Source: the human T2T-CHM13v2.0 reference genome, Homo sapiens. From it: a stretch of DNA of 64,000 bases. The stretch lies in NCBI RefSeq assembly GCF_009914755.1, contig NC_060938.1, one strand, 5' to 3'. Position numbers and translations under genes: made by a program. Shown one piece after another: positions 60,520 through 64,000 of this stretch. Under the pieces are notes generated by a model that worked only from the letters and a program-made list of their open reading frames with translations, did not search any database and was not told the DNA's origin. The stretch's first letter is position 1, and the number at the start of each line of letters is the position of its first letter.

Positions 60520-63500
60520 TCCAGTTCATCCCAGCCCAGGCCAGCTCAATCCAGTTCATCCCAGCCCAGGCCAGCTCAATCCAGCCCAGCCCACCCCACC
60601 CCAGCTCAGCAAAGCCAAGCTCAGCTCAGCCCAACTCAGATGAGCTCAGACCAGCTCAGCCCAGCCTAGCTGAGCTCAGACCACCTAAGACCATCTCAGC
60701 TCAGCCCAGCCCAGCTAAGCCCAGTATAGCCCAGCCCAGCTAAGCCCAGTATAGCCCAGCCCAGCTAAGCCCAGTATAGCCCAGCCCAGCTAAGCCCAGT
60801 TTAGCCCAGCCCAGCTAAGCCCAGTATAGCCCAGCCCAGCTAAGCATAGTTCAGCACAGCCCAGCTCAGCTCAGCACAGTTCAACCCAGCTCAGCCCAGC
60901 TCAGTGCAGCACAGCCCAGCTTAGCCCAGCCCAGCCCAGCTCAATCCAGCCTGGCTCAGCCCAGCCCAGCCCAGTTTGGCTCAACCCAGCTTGGCTCAGC
61001 CCAGGTCAGCCTGGCTCAACTCAGCCCAGCCCAGCCCAGCTCTGCTCAACCCAGCTCTGCTCAACTCAGCCCGGCTCAGCCCAGCTCAGCCCAGTTCAGC
61101 TCAGCCCTGCTCAGCACAGCACAGCAGAGCTCAGCTCAGCCCAGCTCAGCTCAGTTCAGCTCAGCCCTGTTCAGCACAGCACAGCAGAGCCCAGCCCAGC
61201 CCAGCCCAGCTCATCCCAGCTCAGCCCAGCCCAGCCTAGCTTAGCTCAACCCAGCTCAGCACAGTTCAGCTCAGCCCTGCTCAGCACAGCACAGCAGAGC
61301 CCAGCTCAGCCCAGCTCAGCTCAGTTCAGCTCAGCCCTGTTCAGCACAGCACAGCAGAGCCCAGCCCAGCCCAGCTCAACCTAGCCTGGCTCAGCCCAGC
61401 CCAGCCCAGCCCGGATCGGCTCAACCCAGCTTAGCTCAGCCCAGGTCAGCCCAGCTTAACTCAGCCCAGGTCAGCCCAGCTTAACTCAGCCCAGCCCAGC
61501 CCAGCTCAGCCCCCAGCTCTGCTCAACCCAGCCCAGCTCAGCTCAGCTCCGCTCAGCCCAGTTCAGCCCAGCTCAGCCCAGCCCAGCCTAGCTTGGCTCA
61601 ACACAGCTCAGCTCAGCCAGCCCAGACCAGCTCAGCTCAGCCCAGTCCAGCTCAGCTCAGCCCAACCCAGTCCGGCTCAGCCCAGCCCAACCCAGCCCAG
61701 CCCAACCCAGCTCGGCTTAACCCAGCTCGGCTCAGCCCAGATCAGTCTGGCTCAACTCAGCCCAGCCCAGCTCAACCCAGCCCAGTTCAGCCCAGCTCAT
61801 CCAAGCTCAGCTCAGCCCAGCCCAGTTCAGCCCAGCCCAGTTCAGCTCAGCTCAGCCCAGCCCAGTTCAGCCCAGCCCAGTTCAGCTCAGCTCAGCTGAG
61901 CCCAGCCCAGCCCAGTCCGGCTCAGCTCAGCCCCGCCCCACTCAGCCCAGCTCAGCTCAGCCCAGCTCAGCCCAGCTCAGCTTAGCCCAGCTCAGTTCAG
62001 CCAGGCACAATCTGGCTCAGCCCAGCCCAGCCCAGCTCAGCCCAGCCCAGCCTAGCTCAGCACAGCCCAGTTCAGCTCAGCTCAGCTTAACTCAGCTCAG
62101 CTCAGCTCAGCCCAGCCCAGCCCAGGTCAGCTCAGCCCAGCCCAGCCCAGCCCAGATCATCCCAGCTCAGCTCAGCTCAGCTCGGCTTAGCCCAGCTCAA
62201 CCTGGCCCAGCCTGGTCCAGGTCAGCCCAGCCTGGACCACCCAGCCCAGCTCAGCTCAGCCCAGCTCATCCTGGTTCAGCTCAGCTCAACCCGGCTCAGC
62301 CCAGGTCTGCTCAACCCAGCCCAAATCAGCTCAGCCCAGCCCAGGTCATCCCAGCTCAGCCCAGCACAGCCTACTTCAGCTCAGCTCAGCTCAGCCTAGG
62401 TCAGCTCAGTTGAGGTCAGCTCAACTCAGCCCAATCCAGCCTGGCTCAGCCCAGCTCACCCTAGCTCAGCTTAGCTCAGCCCAACTCAACCCAGCCCAGC
62501 CTTGCCCAACCCAGCTCAGCTCAGCCCAGCCCAGGTTAGCCCAGCCCAGCCTCGGCTTAGCTCTGCTCAGCTCGGCCCTGCTCGCCTCAGCCCGTTCAGC
62601 CCAGTTCAGCTCAGCTCAGCTCAGCCCAGCTCAGCCCAGCCCTGGTTAGCTCAGCCCAGCTAAGCTCAGCTCGGCTCGGCTCTGCTGAGCTTGGCCCAGC
62701 TTGGCTTAGCCTGATACAACCTGCTCAGCCCAGTTCAGCTCGGCTCAGCCCAGCCCAGCCCAGCGTAGCTCAGCTCAGCTGAGCCCAGCCCAGGTTAGCT
62801 CAGCCCCAGTCCAGGTCAGCTCAACTCAGCCCAAACCAGCCTGGCTCGGCCCAGCTCACCCTAGTTCAGCTTAGCTCAGCCCAGCCCAGCCCTGCCCAAC
62901 CCAGCTCAGCTCAGCCCAGCCCAGGTTAGCCCAGCCCAGCCTCGGCTTAGCTCTGCTCAGCTCGGCCCAGCCCAGGTTAGCCCAGCCCAGCCTCGGCTTA
63001 GCTCTGCTCAGCTCGGCCCTGCTCGCCTCAGCCCGTTCAGCCCAGTTCAGCTCAGCTCAGCTCAGCCCAGCTCAGCCCAGCCCTGGTTAGCTCAGCCCAG
63101 CTAAGCTCAGCTCGGCTCAGCTCTGCTGAGCTCGGCCCAGCTTGGCTCAGCCCGACACAGCCTGCTCAGCCCAGTTCAGCTCGGCTCAGCCCAGCCCAGC
63201 CCAGCGTAGCTCAGCTCAGCTGAGCCCAGCCCAGGTTAGCTCAGCCCCAGCCCAGGTTAGCTCAGCCCAGCTCAGCTCTGCCCAGGTTAGCTCAGCCCCA
63301 GTCCAGGTTAGCTCAGCCCAGCTCAGCCCTGCCCAGGTTAGCTCAGCCCAGCTAAGCTCAACTTGGCTCAGCTCAGCCTAGCTTGGCTCAGCCCAGCACA
63401 GCACGCTCAACCCGGTTCAGCTTGGCTCAGCCCAGCCCAGCCCAGCCTAGCTCAGCTCAGCCCCGCTCAGCCCAGCCTAGCTCAGCTCAGCCCCGCTCAG

Positions 63501-63975
63501 CCCCGCTCAGCCCAGCCCAGCCCAGCCTAGCTCAGCCCAGCTCAGCCCAGCCTAGCCCAGCTCAGCCCAGCCCAGCTCAGCGCAGCCCAGCCCAGCTCAG
63601 CGCAGCCCAGCTCAGCTCAGCTCAGCCTAGCCTTGCTCAGCCCAGCTCAGCTCAGCCCAGCTCAGCCTAGCCTTGCTCAGCCCAGCTCAGCCCAGCTCAG
63701 CCCAGCTCAGCCCAGCCCAGCCTAGCTCAGCTCAGCCCCGCTCAGACCCGCTCAGCCCAGCCCAGCCCAGCCCAGCTCAGCCCAGCCCAGCTCAGCTCAG
63801 CCCAGCCCTGCCCAGCTCAGCCCAGCTTAGTGCAGCCAAGCCCAGCTCAGCTCAGCTCACCTGGTGCAACTTAGCCCAGCTCAGCTCAGCTCAGCTCAAC
63901 CCAGTTCAACTCAGCCCAGTTCAGCTCAGCTCAGCCCAGTTCAGCCTTGTTTAGTCTAGGTCAGCTTAGGTCAGT
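60520..63975 (-). repeat. Immunoglobulin switch region Smu
   Basis: ~3.4 kb of tandem AGCTC/AGCCC pentamers on + (GAGCT/GGGCT on -) directly upstream of Cmu CH1. Confidence 0.97.
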
Positions 63976-64000
63976 TTTGCCCATCTGAGTCCATTTCTGA

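Noticed and set aside
60976-63954. AQPSSAQLSP-repeat ORFs
   Set aside because: Translations of switch pentamers

Overview
Human immunoglobulin heavy-chain constant locus (14q32.33), transcribed on the minus strand. Right to left it contains: the Smu switch region (~60.5-64.0 kb); complete IGHM (CH1-CH4 with secretory tail, M1, M2); the mu-delta interval (35-bp VNTR, a two-LTR MLT1 provirus, and the ~443-bp Sigma-mu copy of the Imu exon); complete IGHD (CH1, H1, H2, CH2, CH3, deltaS, M1, M2); and ~39 kb of the repeat-dense Cdelta-Cgamma3 interval. That interval holds one unique GC-rich island with B-cell factor motifs (~21.2-23.3 kb), a 15.8-kb ERV1-type provirus with a tRNA-Leu primer site that splits an MLT1A LTR, a rearranged near full-length L1PB, an apparent L1 3' transduction, and an apparent polyadenylated retrocopy splitting an MLT1C LTR. 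Exon boundaries were read from the sequence (GT/AG, phase, translation). Repeat subfamily names and the Sigma-mu/Imu identity come from recalled consensus sequences, not from a search. Most ORFs in the supplied track are repeat-derived or antisense artefacts.
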